Assembly: GCA_019429005.1 (NCBI GenBank)
Contig: JAHYJR010000001.1
Location: forward strand, 168,663 to 232,662
Length of the DNA: 64,000 nt
Reading direction: 5' to 3'
Source: Nanobdellati archaeon
Lineage (GTDB): Archaea; EX4484-52; GLR71
Below, piece after piece: positions 8,918 through 19,911 of the stretch. The first letter of the stretch is position 1; each line of letters starts with the position of its first letter. The notes beneath the pieces are model-generated. The model ran no database searches and was not told the origin of the DNA. It saw only the letters and a list, made by a program, of their open reading frames with translations. The translations under genes and the position numbers were made by a program.

Positions 8918-11362
8918 ATGCATATAGATTTTTTCCTGACAGATGCAGATTATATCGTAATAGATAATAAACCAGTTATACGGCTGTTTGGAAAAACCGA
9001 AAAAGGTGAATCTGTTATTGTTAAGGATGATTTATTTAAACCCTATTTGTATGTGATACCAATAATTAGCGTAAAAGAAGCAAAAAAAACTATAAGCGAC
9101 CTTGAATTATTTGATAAGAATAACGTACAAGTCATTATTGATTCTATTGAAATCGTGAAAAAAGAGGTTGACGGAAAAAGTCAAGAGATTTTAAAAATAT
9201 TCACACAAACTCCAAATGACATTCAAAGACTTAAGGACATTATAAAAGGTCTTGATTTTATAACGTCAATACGTGAGTTTGATATAGCGTTTCATAAACA
9301 GTATCTTTTTGATAACGGTTTTTCACCCATGACGTGGTTTTCAGTTGATGGTCATATTTTAGGAGAAGATTCTTATGCAGATTTTGTGGTTATTGCATCT
9401 AATATAAAACCTAAAATATCAAAATCAATTCCAAAATTAAAGATTATGGCATTTGACATCGAGACAATGCAAACTAAAGAGGATATAAAAGAAATCCTTA
9501 TGCTTTCTGTCGCAACAAATACAGGTCTTAAGAAAGTATTTTCTCACGGAAAATCAACTTTTGAACATTCAGAACCTGTAAAAGATGAAAAAGCGATTAT
9601 AGAACGTTTCAAAGAATGTATAATTACAGAAAAACCCGATTTCATTGTAGGCTATAATAGCGATTCTTTTGATTTCACAATAATAAAAGAACGTGCTGAC
9701 AAATACAGAATAAGATTAGATATTGGTATGGCTGGCCAACTTTTAACCATCCAGAAACGTGGCATGACATCCGCCGCCATAACAAAAGGTTTTGTGCATA
9801 TTGACTTGTATCAGTTTGTATTTAGGATAATGCGAACAACATTAAAATCCGAGACCTTAACTCTTGATAATGTCGCATCAGAACTAATTGGAGAAAAAAA
9901 GCTTGATGTTGATTTTGACAAGATGTATGATGACTGGAAAAATAAGAGAGATATGAAAGATTCTGCAAGATATAATCTTCATGACTCTGTTATAACTTTA
10001 AAGCTTGCAGAAAAGATATTAACAAACATTTCAGCATTGTCAAAGCTTACTGGTCTTGTACCCTTTGATTCTTCAAGGTCTACATATGGTCAATTTGTAG
10101 AATCTTTTGCGATGAAAAAGGCAGCACAACTTGACGTTGTTATACCTAACAGACCTCTTTCAGACGAAATTTCAAATAGGATGGAACAAGCACCAATCGA
10201 AGGTGCCTTTGTCGCAACACCTAGGGCCGGTCTTCACAAAAACATTGCAGTCTTTGATTTCCGGTCACTATATCCTTCAATCATCGTATCACATAACATA
10301 GATCCCTTCACATTCAATTGTTCATGTTGCAAAGGCAACCCTAAAAACAAAGTCCATGGTTTCTCATATAGTTTTTGCACAAAAAAGCATGGTTTTGTAC
10401 CAACTATTGTTGAAGAACTTGTTATGGGGCGATACGATATTAAAAAACGTATGAAATCTCTTGATATCCTATCTGAAGAATATTCACGTCTTGATATGGA
10501 TCAGTATGCAATGAAAACAGTATCAAATGCATTTTACGGTTATCTTGGTTTTGCTGGATCTCGTTGGTACAAGCGCGAATCTGCAGAGTCTGTCACAGCT
10601 TTTGGTAGGGATTATATACATAAAACTATAGCTATAGCCGAAAATTTAGGTTTTGATGTTTTATATGGTGATACAGATTCCTTATTTTTGAGGACTGATA
10701 AAAATATTGATGACATTTTAAACACCTTTTTACGTGATGTAAATAAAATTCTTCCGGGCATAATGGAACTTGAGTATGAAGGTCATTTTAAGTCAGGTCT
10801 TTTTGTGTCTAAAAAGACAGGTACTGGCGGCGCAAAAAAGAAATATGCTCTTTTAGATGATAAGGGAAATATGAAGATACGCGGTTTTGAGAAAGTTCGG
10901 CGCGACTGGTCACATCTTGCAAGAAATACGCAAGAGGTTGTTCTTCAGCTGGTATTATCTGATAAAAAGGATGAGGCTGTATCTCTTGTAAAAAAGACAA
11001 TATTAAATTTAAAGGGTGGCAAAGTTGATTTAGAATCTCTTATTATTTTCAATCAACTTACACGTGCAATTGAGAAATATACTCAAAAAGGACCTCATGT
11101 ATCTGCAGCAATCCGTGCACGTGTCGCCGGAATTGATATTGTACCGGGTATGGTTATTCCATATATTATCACAAAAGGTTCGGGGTCTATAAGTTCAAGA
11201 GCTGTATATGCACCTTTCGCGAAAAATTATGATCCCGATTATTACATAAATAAACAGATTATGCCTACAACACTTAGAATCCTTGAAGCTGTTGGTGTTT
11301 CAGAAGATGAGCTTTTAGGTAAATCAAAGCAGAGCGGACTTTTTTCTTTTTCAAAAAAATAA
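8918..11362 (+). CDS. polB: Family B DNA polymerase with 3'-5' exonuclease domain
   Basis: AFDIET, YNSDSFD, DFRSLYPSII, KTVSNAFYGY, YGDTDS, KKKYA; CSCC insert. Confidence 0.96.
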   Translation: MHIDFFLTDADYIVIDNKPVIRLFGKTEKGESVIVKDDLFKPYLYVIPIISVKEAKKTISDLELFDKNNVQVIIDSIEIVKKEVDGKSQEILKIFTQTPNDIQRLKDIIKGLDFITSIREFDIAFHKQYLFDNGFSPMTWFSVDGHILGEDSYADFVVIASNIKPKISKSIPKLKIMAFDIETMQTKEDIKEILMLSVATNTGLKKVFSHGKSTFEHSEPVKDEKAIIERFKECIITEKPDFIVGYNSDSFDFTIIKERADKYRIRLDIGMAGQLLTIQKRGMTSAAITKGFVHIDLYQFVFRIMRTTLKSETLTLDNVASELIGEKKLDVDFDKMYDDWKNKRDMKDSARYNLHDSVITLKLAEKILTNISALSKLTGLVPFDSSRSTYGQFVESFAMKKAAQLDVVIPNRPLSDEISNRMEQAPIEGAFVATPRAGLHKNIAVFDFRSLYPSIIVSHNIDPFTFNCSCCKGNPKNKVHGFSYSFCTKKHGFVPTIVEELVMGRYDIKKRMKSLDILSEEYSRLDMDQYAMKTVSNAFYGYLGFAGSRWYKRESAESVTAFGRDYIHKTIAIAENLGFDVLYGDTDSLFLRTDKNIDDILNTFLRDVNKILPGIMELEYEGHFKSGLFVSKKTGTGGAKKKYALLDDKGNMKIRGFEKVRRDWSHLARNTQEVVLQLVLSDKKDEAVSLVKKTILNLKGGKVDLESLIIFNQLTRAIEKYTQKGPHVSAAIRARVAGIDIVPGMVIPYIITKGSGSISSRAVYAPFAKNYDPDYYINKQIMPTTLRILEAVGVSEDELLGKSKQSGLFSFSKK

Positions 11363-11372
11363 TATATTATAT

Positions 11373-11540
11373 TTACCTTTTCCCTGCCACAATTTTTGAT
11401 ATTGTCGCAAATGGAACAACATCAACACCAGGTATACTGCTTTCAACAACACCAATTATTGAAAGCCATTTATTTCCCGTATAATAATATATTATTGCAC
11501 CTTCGACAATTGCAACAGCAGGTATACCTATTAACATCAT
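11373..11540 (-). CDS. Small membrane protein (55 aa), possibly truncated by an in-frame TGA upstream
   Basis: Not in track. MMLIGIPAVAIVEGAIIYYYTGNKWLSIIGVVESSIPGVDVVPFATISKIVAGKR; frame continues upstream to ATG 11600 through one TGA. Confidence 0.5.
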   Translation of the reverse strand: MMLIGIPAVAIVEGAIIYYYTGNKWLSIIGVVESSIPGVDVVPFATISKIVAGKR

Positions 11541-11650
11541 TTCTTCAAAAGGCGAAGCATCAATTAAGTAAATTAAGATTGGTAATCAGTAGCTCAACAT
11601 AAATTATATTTAAATCTGCTTGATTATATATCTTATTGGTGTAATTTCAA

Positions 11651-11950
11651 ATGTCTGAAAAAGAAATATCTGAAAAAAAAAAGACAGTCTCAAGCAAAGA
11701 ATTTAAAAATCTATTAATTGTGTTTAATGTTTTGAAACAACATCCTGGAGGCTTGTGGATTCGTGAGATCTCAAGACGTGGCAAACTCCATATGGAAGTT
11801 GTACGTCGAATAATCGCAAAGCATGCAACTCTGTTTGAAAATTATGCAGACTTTACAGGGTATAATATAAACTTGAAAATATTCAAATTACGAAATCCTA
11901 ATATGACACATACTGCAATTGAGAATTACCTCAAGCTTAAAGCCCAATAA
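11651..11950 (+). CDS. Small winged-helix DNA-binding protein
   Basis: VLKQHPGGLWIREISRRGKLHMEVVRRII HTH-like pattern. Confidence 0.6.
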   Translation: MSEKEISEKKKTVSSKEFKNLLIVFNVLKQHPGGLWIREISRRGKLHMEVVRRIIAKHATLFENYADFTGYNINLKIFKLRNPNMTHTAIENYLKLKAQ

Positions 11951-13651
11951 TCATCTTATCCAAGACATTATTTTTGTAAATAGACTTCTCTTGTTTTGTA
12001 TATTTTGTGCGTTAATGTTTCCCGTAATAAGATTTTCTGTAATCAAATCCGTTTTAACGCTTTTTTCTTTCTCATATTTACAACTACTATAGATCTCATC
12101 AGAATACGCAATTAATATATTAGTGCCATATACAGTTTTCCAAGTTATTGTGTTATTTTTTTTAGATTTGATTATAATTTTTTTTTCATCAATCTCATTG
12201 TCTTGTATCAGTATTATACTTACATTTTTGTCATTAATATCTGAATTATACATTTTTAACATAATTTCGTCATCATCAAAAGAACAATTAATTATGATGT
12301 TTTGTGGTGTCGTATCATAAATCACAGTTATTTCTTTTTCAATGACATCCAATAGTGCACCATCCGAATAAATCTTGATTTTTAGTTTCGCATCTGTCAA
12401 GTTTTCTGTAATCTTATTCCATAATGATATCGGTTGCGTTTCATTTGCCTCAAGTTTAAAATCAATAACATTTCCGGTCCAAGTTTTTGTCCAGATATTA
12501 TCACCAAATCCAAGACTTTTCAGTGTGCCATCATAATAGGCATAAGAATATACAGAATAATTTGAAGTGCTATCACCTTGATTTGTGATTTTAAGTACGA
12601 TCTCAAACGGTTTATTAACATACAAAATATTATCCAATTTAGAAATATCAAATGTTTTAGGTTCTATCATCTCTTGGGTGCAGTTTTTTTCTAAATATAC
12701 AGTTTTACTTGGATATCTGATATATATTGTATTTTTCTTGCATATTTCAGACATTTTGTCAGTATGTTTGACAAATATTGTATCTTTAAACATGACATCT
12801 GTATATGCAAATGTCTCATTTTCTTTGTTACATAATCTGACCGTCAGATGATATGTACCGTCAGTATATTGTTTTTTGCAGTCGTCTTTCAGGATCAGTG
12901 GGATAAATAATCGTGTATCAGTCGCATTTAACATTTCAATTGCAGTATCGGTGTCACAATATTTTTGGTATAATGTAGTCTCATCAAGGTCCCTACTGAT
13001 TTTTTTTGGACCCGATATATAACCAATAATCCGTAAATCTAGGCCTTTATATTGACCTACAAAAACATCTGTATCAATAAGTATTGTTTCGCCAAAATAT
13101 GCTTCTTTATTGAATTTGGCGAATATGCTTGCATCTTTTCCACCCAAATCTTCTTCAATTATAGTTTCATTATCCTCTGTTATATTTTCAGTTATGTCAT
13201 CTGCCACATTTTCAACATCTTGCTCATATATGTTGAACAGTGCATACGCTGTTGTATATGATTCGTTATAATAGAACTTTGCATATGCCTTATACTCACC
13301 TGCTGTAATGTTCATTGTTTCAAATTGTGCGGTTATAATTTTTACAGTTCCGTTTTCAACAACAACACCAATAATATCAACAATAAGCCAATCTTTGGGA
13401 TATTCAAACAGAGTACCAATCTTTTTTCCAATTTTCATGGTCAGATTACCTGCTGCGAAATAATCATTGTCATTACTTATCAGAATGTTGATGTCTTGTA
13501 ATGTACCGATTGTTATATTTGAATTTGGTATATTGATGTTGAGTTCTGGTTTTATGTCCCAGAAGAAGGTTTGGTTTATGGCATATGCAGGTGTGAGCGA
13601 AATTGAAAAGAAAAAGGGTATTAGAATGCATAATATTATCTTTTGCGTCAT
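11951..13651 (-). CDS. Secreted beta-rich surface protein, hypothetical
   Basis: Signal peptide ending PAYA; many N-x-S/T sequons; Ig/CARDB-like strands. Confidence 0.6.
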   Translation of the reverse strand: MTQKIILCILIPFFFSISLTPAYAINQTFFWDIKPELNINIPNSNITIGTLQDINILISNDNDYFAAGNLTMKIGKKIGTLFEYPKDWLIVDIIGVVVENGTVKIITAQFETMNITAGEYKAYAKFYYNESYTTAYALFNIYEQDVENVADDITENITEDNETIIEEDLGGKDASIFAKFNKEAYFGETILIDTDVFVGQYKGLDLRIIGYISGPKKISRDLDETTLYQKYCDTDTAIEMLNATDTRLFIPLILKDDCKKQYTDGTYHLTVRLCNKENETFAYTDVMFKDTIFVKHTDKMSEICKKNTIYIRYPSKTVYLEKNCTQEMIEPKTFDISKLDNILYVNKPFEIVLKITNQGDSTSNYSVYSYAYYDGTLKSLGFGDNIWTKTWTGNVIDFKLEANETQPISLWNKITENLTDAKLKIKIYSDGALLDVIEKEITVIYDTTPQNIIINCSFDDDEIMLKMYNSDINDKNVSIILIQDNEIDEKKIIIKSKKNNTITWKTVYGTNILIAYSDEIYSSCKYEKEKSVKTDLITENLITGNINAQNIQNKRSLFTKIMSWIR

Positions 13652-13735
13652 AATCAGTTCACCCCTAAATTAACCATTGACGACACCAGATATTTCTAGC
13701 ATCGCAACAACTTTTAGGGGTGATGTGTTTAAGAT

Positions 13736-14311
13736 TTACTCGTTTGTTATGGTTACTTTATTCATCTTGTCTCCAACAACAAGCGATGAAACAACATCCA
13801 TACCTTCTGTGACTAGACCAAAGACTGCATAATTATCATCTAGGAAATGTGCAGCTTCAAGTGTGAAATAGAATTGTGAACTCGCACTGTTTAGATCCTG
13901 ACTTCTTGCCATACCAAGAGCACCTTTAACATGTCTAAGTTCGGGGTTTATTTCTAACTGTATATTCTCAGAAGAGCCACCTTGACCATTACCTTTAGGG
14001 TCACCGCCTTGAACTACAAAACCTTTTTCAACTCTATGGAATGTAAGTCCATCATAAAATCCGCTTTCTGCAAGTTTTATGAAATTAGCGGTTGTGATTG
14101 GTGCACCGTCTTCGAAAAGTTCGAATTTAATTGTGCCTTTATCTGTTTCTATTACTGCGAATCTATTTGTTTTTTCAGTATTCATTGTATCACCTAAATC
14201 AGAAGTATCAATATCTGATACATCTGTATCTATGTTTCCTGAATCAGTTACACATCCAGATGCAAAAATGACAAGAAATATCATAGCTATTGTAAAAATT
14301 TTGTTTTTCAT
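13736..14311 (-). CDS. Cyclophilin-type peptidyl-prolyl isomerase, lipoprotein
   Basis: Lipobox ASGC; [34 protein letters not shown]. Confidence 0.92.
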   Translation of the reverse strand: MKNKIFTIAMIFLVIFASGCVTDSGNIDTDVSDIDTSDLGDTMNTEKTNRFAVIETDKGTIKFELFEDGAPITTANFIKLAESGFYDGLTFHRVEKGFVVQGGDPKGNGQGGSSENIQLEINPELRHVKGALGMARSQDLNSASSQFYFTLEAAHFLDDNYAVFGLVTEGMDVVSSLVVGDKMNKVTITNE

Positions 14312-14397
14312 ATTAATTGTTTACGTTATTAAATTTTATATATTTTTGAGACATTTTCTATCAAAAACATTTAAATCTATCATAATAATTGTAATCT

Positions 14398-15291
14398 ATG
14401 CTTTCAAAAGATATTGAGGATAAATACATTTTAGCTGGAAAGATTGCAGCTTATGCAAGGGATAAAGGCAAAACCTTAATCGTGCCAGGTGCATTGGCTT
14501 TTGATATTGTTGAAGCTGTTGAGGCTATGATTATTGATAAAGGTGGTCTATTTGCCTGTCCGACAACGTTATCAATTAATAATATTGCTGCACATTATAC
14601 ACCCGAATATGGTGATAAGACAATAATTGGTGAAAATGATGTAGTAAAACTTGATATGGGCGTTCATGTTGATGGATTCATTGCAGATACAGCAACAACT
14701 GTATGTCTAGATAAAGATAAAGAACCTATGAACGAATGCGTTAAAAAAGCACTTGATGAAGCTATAAAAGCAATAACGCCTGGTGTGAACGTCGGTTACC
14801 TTGGTGAAATAATACAATCTGTAATTTTTGATGCGGGTTTCAAACCGGTTTCAAACTTGACAGGTCATGTTCTTGAACAATATGAATTGCATACCGGAAT
14901 CGGTGTTCCAAATATAAAAATGAAATCATCAAAAACTCTTGAAGATGGTATGGTTGTAGCTATTGAACCCTTTGCAACAGATGGATCTGGTTTTGTTAAA
15001 GAATCAGGACATGCTCAAATTTTTATGTTTGAGGTTGATAAATCAATACGTCTTGATGCTGCAAGAAAAATAATGACGCTCTCAAAAACAAAGTTCAATA
15101 AAATGCCTTTTGCATCACGATGGATAAAAGGTGTTAGCCCACAAATGATAAATCTTGCTTTAAAACAATTGACAGCAATTAAAGCAATGGCATCATATCC
15201 TACACTTCAAGAAGCTAAAGGTGTTACAGTAACACATGCAGAACATACAATTATTGTGAAAGACAAACCTATTGTTACAACAAAAATATAA
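14398..15291 (+). CDS. map: Type II methionine aminopeptidase
   Basis: AAHYTP, KLDMGVHVDGFIADTA, NLTGH, AIEPF, EHT. Confidence 0.95.
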   Translation: MLSKDIEDKYILAGKIAAYARDKGKTLIVPGALAFDIVEAVEAMIIDKGGLFACPTTLSINNIAAHYTPEYGDKTIIGENDVVKLDMGVHVDGFIADTATTVCLDKDKEPMNECVKKALDEAIKAITPGVNVGYLGEIIQSVIFDAGFKPVSNLTGHVLEQYELHTGIGVPNIKMKSSKTLEDGMVVAIEPFATDGSGFVKESGHAQIFMFEVDKSIRLDAARKIMTLSKTKFNKMPFASRWIKGVSPQMINLALKQLTAIKAMASYPTLQEAKGVTVTHAEHTIIVKDKPIVTTKI

Positions 15292-15323
15292 TCAAATACT
15301 TTATTAAAATTGCTTTCTAAAAT

Positions 15324-16391
15324 ATGTCTATGACAAGAACAGATAATATCCTTGTTCTCTGTGTTGATAGGGATAATGATATCGGTAATAAGGCAAACAT
15401 AAAAGGCCCTATAATCGGAAGATCAAAAAATATTGATACAGCTGTAAAGCTTGCTTTAGCAGATCCGTCAGAATCTGATGTCAATGCCATATTTCATGCA
15501 GTAAAATCGTATGATCAACTCAAAAAAGATCTTGGTTCTACCGTTAATGTTGATATTGTAACAGTCACCGGTGGATATCCTGTTGGTATTATTTCTGATA
15601 AAATTATTGAAAAACAGCTTGATGAATTAACAAAAAAAATAAAATATAACAAAGTTGTTTTTGTTTCTGATGGTCAGGCTGATGAGCATATAATGCCAAT
15701 TATTAAACATAAATTAGGCACATTTAATATTTATACAGAACGTGTTATAATAAAACAAAATAGGTATCTTGAAGGTGCTTATTATATAATTTATGATTTT
15801 ATTTCAGCCGTTGCATCAAATAAGGATCTTTCAAAGATATTTTTTGGTATACCTGCAATAATGCTTATACTTTATGCAATTTTTGGATTTGCAGGTGGCC
15901 GTTTAATACTTGGTGTTGTTGGTATTTATTTACTTGTACGAGGTTTCCATCTAGATCCGTATGTTATGGGATTTATAAGTGAATTTAGTAATTCTGCAAA
16001 ACTTAGGAAAGCTAGTTTTTTTGTATATATTGCATCAATAACATTTCTTATTATGGGTGTTATAGAAGGGTATTCATCTTCAAGAGGCATTATTGCAGAA
16101 GATATGCTTTTAGCAATTTCACTTTTCTTACACGCCTCAATATTCTTATTATTTTTTAGTGCTATATTATTAGGTATTGGTGTCCTTTTACGAGATATTA
16201 AAGCTAAGACTAATTATTTAAAATATTTATCTTATTTTGTTTTAATTTTTGCAATAAGTTGGATAATCTATGCTTTGACGTCATATGTAATTAATGCGTT
16301 CACTGGTATTGGCAATGTACTTTATACACTGCTTATAAGTGGCGGTTTGACTTTTATTGTATTGTCTTTAGAGCGAACTGAGGAAGATTAA
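15324..16391 (+). CDS. DUF373 family membrane protein
   Basis: LVLCVDRDNDIG...DPSESDVNAIF, VSDGQADE, C-terminal TM helices. Confidence 0.85.
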   Translation: MSMTRTDNILVLCVDRDNDIGNKANIKGPIIGRSKNIDTAVKLALADPSESDVNAIFHAVKSYDQLKKDLGSTVNVDIVTVTGGYPVGIISDKIIEKQLDELTKKIKYNKVVFVSDGQADEHIMPIIKHKLGTFNIYTERVIIKQNRYLEGAYYIIYDFISAVASNKDLSKIFFGIPAIMLILYAIFGFAGGRLILGVVGIYLLVRGFHLDPYVMGFISEFSNSAKLRKASFFVYIASITFLIMGVIEGYSSSRGIIAEDMLLAISLFLHASIFLLFFSAILLGIGVLLRDIKAKTNYLKYLSYFVLIFAISWIIYALTSYVINAFTGIGNVLYTLLISGGLTFIVLSLERTEED

Positions 16392-16504
16392 TAAAACTTA
16401 GATAAAAACAGATAACATAAAACATAACAATTAAAAAACTTTGTACTTAAATATTGTAAATACTTGGTGATATTAAATGTGTATAAAATTTAGATGTGAT
16501 ACAA

Positions 16505-16804
16505 ATGCCAGTTAGTAAAGCTCCTTACAAACGTGGTCATAAATCAACAGCTGCTCGTGGTAGTCAGTCTAGTGTTTCATGTTCTTTTTGTGGAGCTATG
16601 ACCCCTAGGCATAAATGTATTATTCAGCATAGGGGTTTTAGAATAACAGATCCTGGCCTAAAACGTGAATTAGACCTTCAAAGTGTCAGTACTCGTTCAG
16701 AAAAGCAATATGCTTGTCCTCGTTGTGCACGAAGTCGTGGTATTGTAGAACATAAAACGGGTCAACAAAATGTAAAACGACCTCCAAGAAGGAGCGTTTT
16801 TTAA
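16505..16804 (+). CDS. rps26e: Ribosomal protein eS26 (S26e)-like zinc-binding protein
   Basis: Basic N-term, RG...V-CSFC-GAMTPRHK, YACPRCARSRGIV, basic tail; matches eS26 layout. Confidence 0.72.
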   Translation: MPVSKAPYKRGHKSTAARGSQSSVSCSFCGAMTPRHKCIIQHRGFRITDPGLKRELDLQSVSTRSEKQYACPRCARSRGIVEHKTGQQNVKRPPRRSVF

Positions 16805-16889
16805 GAGTATTTTGTTGATATTCTGTGTCTTTTTATAATTTAAAACAGAATATCATCTTATATTCTTATTTAAATTTTAAGGTGTTTTT

Positions 16890-18740
16890 TTGATTCGCGG
16901 TTGGTTACGGAAAAAATATTTTGACGTCAAAAAAACGTTTTCTAAAGATTATAAAGTCTATAATTTTGAAGATGAGATAGCTAAATTTAAAATTATACCT
17001 GAAAAATTAGGTAGTCATATGACTGTTTTTCCAGATAGCGACGTTTCAAAAAATATAGATATAACATATCCTTTAATTCCTCCGTTTGCTTATGCAAATA
17101 TATCATATGATGCTGTTTTAGGTTCTTTATTGTATTCTGTTAAGGAACCCGTACTTACAAACCGCGAAACTGCAATATATAAGGTTCTTGAAAAACATCT
17201 TGAAACATCACTTGATATTAAATTTGATAAAGAAAGTTCAGAAAAAGATCTTGTTCAATATCTTATCGATTCTACAGTAAAAATAATTCATACACAATCA
17301 ATATCTCTTAGGTCTGGCGAGATAACAAAGATTATGTATTATATTTATAGAAATTTTCTAGGTTTAAATCAACTTGAACCCCTATTAAATGATATTAATA
17401 TTGAAGATGTCGGTTGTGATGGATATAATGTACCTTTTTATATTGTACATAAAAAATATGGTGCTTTGAAGACTGATGTAATTTTTAATGATTCAAAAAA
17501 ACTTTCAAATTTTATAGTAAAACTTGCAGAACGTTGTAATAGGTATGTGAGTTATGCTGAACCCTTATTAGATGGTACACTTCCAGATGGTTCAAGGATA
17601 CAGGCAACCTATACTGCAGATATTACAACAAGAGGACCTACATTTTCTATAAGGAAATTTCAATCAACACCTTTTAGTATAATTGATCTTATCAAATTGG
17701 GTACTGGTTCCGTTGATTTGTTTGCATATTTATGGTATCTTGTTGAACATGGTAAAAATATTCTTATTATTGGAACAACTTCTGCTGGAAAAACCTCATT
17801 TTTAAATTCACTTGTGTCTTTCATGCCACCCGAAAGTAAAATCGTGTCAATTGAAGATACAAGAGAACTTAACATACCTCATGACAATTGGATACCTTCA
17901 GTTGTACGGCATGGTTTTGGTCCATCTTCAAAGAAGTATGGTACTGTTACAATGTTTGATTTGCTTAAAGAGTCTTTTAGACAGAATCCTGATTATGTTA
18001 TCGTGGGTGAAGTTAGGGGTGAAGAAGCAAATGTTCTTTTTCAAGGTATGGCTTCAGGGCATTCATCTTTTAGTACATTCCATGCTGGAACTGTGGATGA
18101 GATTATACAGCGTCTTGAGACACCACCTATAAGTCTGCAACCGTCTCTTATTAATTCACTTGATGCTGTTATTACCATTCAACATGCAAAAGAAGTAAAA
18201 AGTGATGCACGGCGTATAAAATGTATTGATGAAATTAGTGATGTTGACCCAAAATCTGGTGCAGCACGAACTATTAGAAGTTTTGAATGGATACCATCTG
18301 CTGATTATTATGTTGAAAAAAATAGTCTTCTTATGGAGCAGATGGGTATTGAGTTAGGAATACCTATAAAATCAATAGTTTCAGAAATTGAGCTTCGCAA
18401 AAAACTTCTTAACTGGCTTTTAGAAAATAATATTTCATCTTTTGATGATGTTTCATCATATATTGCAAGATATTATAACGATAAAGAGAATCTTTTAAGT
18501 CGACTTGGGAAAAAAGTATATATGACTGAACACGGCATATTTACAAATAAGGCACATAGTATTATTAACGAAAACAATTCTAAACAATCTATAACAAACA
18601 GTAATTATGCAAAATGGCTTGATTCTATTGATAATAGGGATGAACTTAAAATCAAATCAAAAATCAAAACAAAAAAAGTTGTATCTAAAAATAAAGATTC
18701 TCAAAAGATAAGTGACCGTGTATTGTCCTTCAAGACATGA
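16890..18740 (+). CDS. Type IV pilus / T2SS assembly ATPase (ArlI/TadA-like)
   Basis: Walker A GTTSAGKT, SIEDTRE, RQNPDYVIVGEVRG, GH...STFHA. Confidence 0.93.
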   Translation: MIRGWLRKKYFDVKKTFSKDYKVYNFEDEIAKFKIIPEKLGSHMTVFPDSDVSKNIDITYPLIPPFAYANISYDAVLGSLLYSVKEPVLTNRETAIYKVLEKHLETSLDIKFDKESSEKDLVQYLIDSTVKIIHTQSISLRSGEITKIMYYIYRNFLGLNQLEPLLNDINIEDVGCDGYNVPFYIVHKKYGALKTDVIFNDSKKLSNFIVKLAERCNRYVSYAEPLLDGTLPDGSRIQATYTADITTRGPTFSIRKFQSTPFSIIDLIKLGTGSVDLFAYLWYLVEHGKNILIIGTTSAGKTSFLNSLVSFMPPESKIVSIEDTRELNIPHDNWIPSVVRHGFGPSSKKYGTVTMFDLLKESFRQNPDYVIVGEVRGEEANVLFQGMASGHSSFSTFHAGTVDEIIQRLETPPISLQPSLINSLDAVITIQHAKEVKSDARRIKCIDEISDVDPKSGAARTIRSFEWIPSADYYVEKNSLLMEQMGIELGIPIKSIVSEIELRKKLLNWLLENNISSFDDVSSYIARYYNDKENLLSRLGKKVYMTEHGIFTNKAHSIINENNSKQSITNSNYAKWLDSIDNRDELKIKSKIKTKKVVSKNKDSQKISDRVLSFKT

Positions 18741-18831
18741 TTTTTCAGGTTAAATCATTTATTAACAACTCAAAAACAAATATATTAACCCTCGACATAC
18801 AATAGTTAATATATGTCTTTTTTAAATTGGG

Positions 18832-19911
18832 GTGTCAAGATTGCCGAATAATCATATGAATCATAATAAACGTTTAAAAAATAAAAATTCTTTAAATACA
18901 CCTATTTTAAAAACTGAAAAAACACATAAAACAGACATGCAGGAAGAATTAAAACAGATGACTTCAGAATATGAAAATCTGGGACTTTCAAACAAACAAG
19001 TGTCTATCAAATCCGAAGAAGATATATTTATAAATTGTTTAGAGATAAGGTCAGTCACTCAATTGTTTTCAATTATTGGAATATATATAACTAAAAAATA
19101 TCCAAACCTGTTCAAAAATATTGATATTACCTTACAATCCTTAGACCAAGATACTTATTTTGAAGGTTATGTCGGAAAAATGTTAATATTACCTTTTATT
19201 TCATCTTTTATAGCTTTAATTTTTATTTTGTTTAATATTGTTTATGGTGTGTTTTATTTAGGATTTTTATCTTATGTATTATTACCCATAATTTTTATTA
19301 CGACTTTTTCATTTTTATATTATAATCCATTCAGGTTACGTGCAGCAAAAAGACTAAATATAAATTCAAATTTACCCTTTGCATTAAATCATCTTGCTGC
19401 AATTGCATCAAGTGGCGCACCGCCTGAAAAAGCATTTGAAATTTTATCAATATTTACCGAATTTGGTGCAATTTCTAAAGAATCGTCAAAAATTATTGAT
19501 AGAATACATTTTGGTGAAGATATAACAACTGCAATAAAACATGTTATGCGTATTACACCCTCTGAAAAATTTAAAGGCCTTCTTGCAGGGATACTGACTG
19601 TTATAGAAACTGGGGGGGATCTTGAGGAGTATCTTAAGCAGGCTGCAGAAACAGCTATGCATAATTATAAGTTAGCACAAAATCAATATACCGATTCCTT
19701 GTCAACGTATGCTGATATATATACAGCTATACTTATTGCAGCACCGCTTTTTATGGTATCTATACTAGCTGTCATGAATATTATACCAAGCACAAAACTT
19801 GTTGGTGGTATTTCGATACCCTTCGCACTAACAGTAGGTGTCTATATCGTGATGCCTGTTTTAAATATACTATTTATATTACTAATTGATATGATGCAAC
19901 CGGAGATTTGA
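18832..19911 (+). CDS. Type II secretion system F (TadC/ArlJ-like) platform protein
   Basis: NLPFALNHLAAIASSG, GEDITTA, TPSEKF, GGDLEEYL; TM helices. Confidence 0.88.
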   Translation: MSRLPNNHMNHNKRLKNKNSLNTPILKTEKTHKTDMQEELKQMTSEYENLGLSNKQVSIKSEEDIFINCLEIRSVTQLFSIIGIYITKKYPNLFKNIDITLQSLDQDTYFEGYVGKMLILPFISSFIALIFILFNIVYGVFYLGFLSYVLLPIIFITTFSFLYYNPFRLRAAKRLNINSNLPFALNHLAAIASSGAPPEKAFEILSIFTEFGAISKESSKIIDRIHFGEDITTAIKHVMRITPSEKFKGLLAGILTVIETGGDLEEYLKQAAETAMHNYKLAQNQYTDSLSTYADIYTAILIAAPLFMVSILAVMNIIPSTKLVGGISIPFALTVGVYIVMPVLNILFILLIDMMQPEI

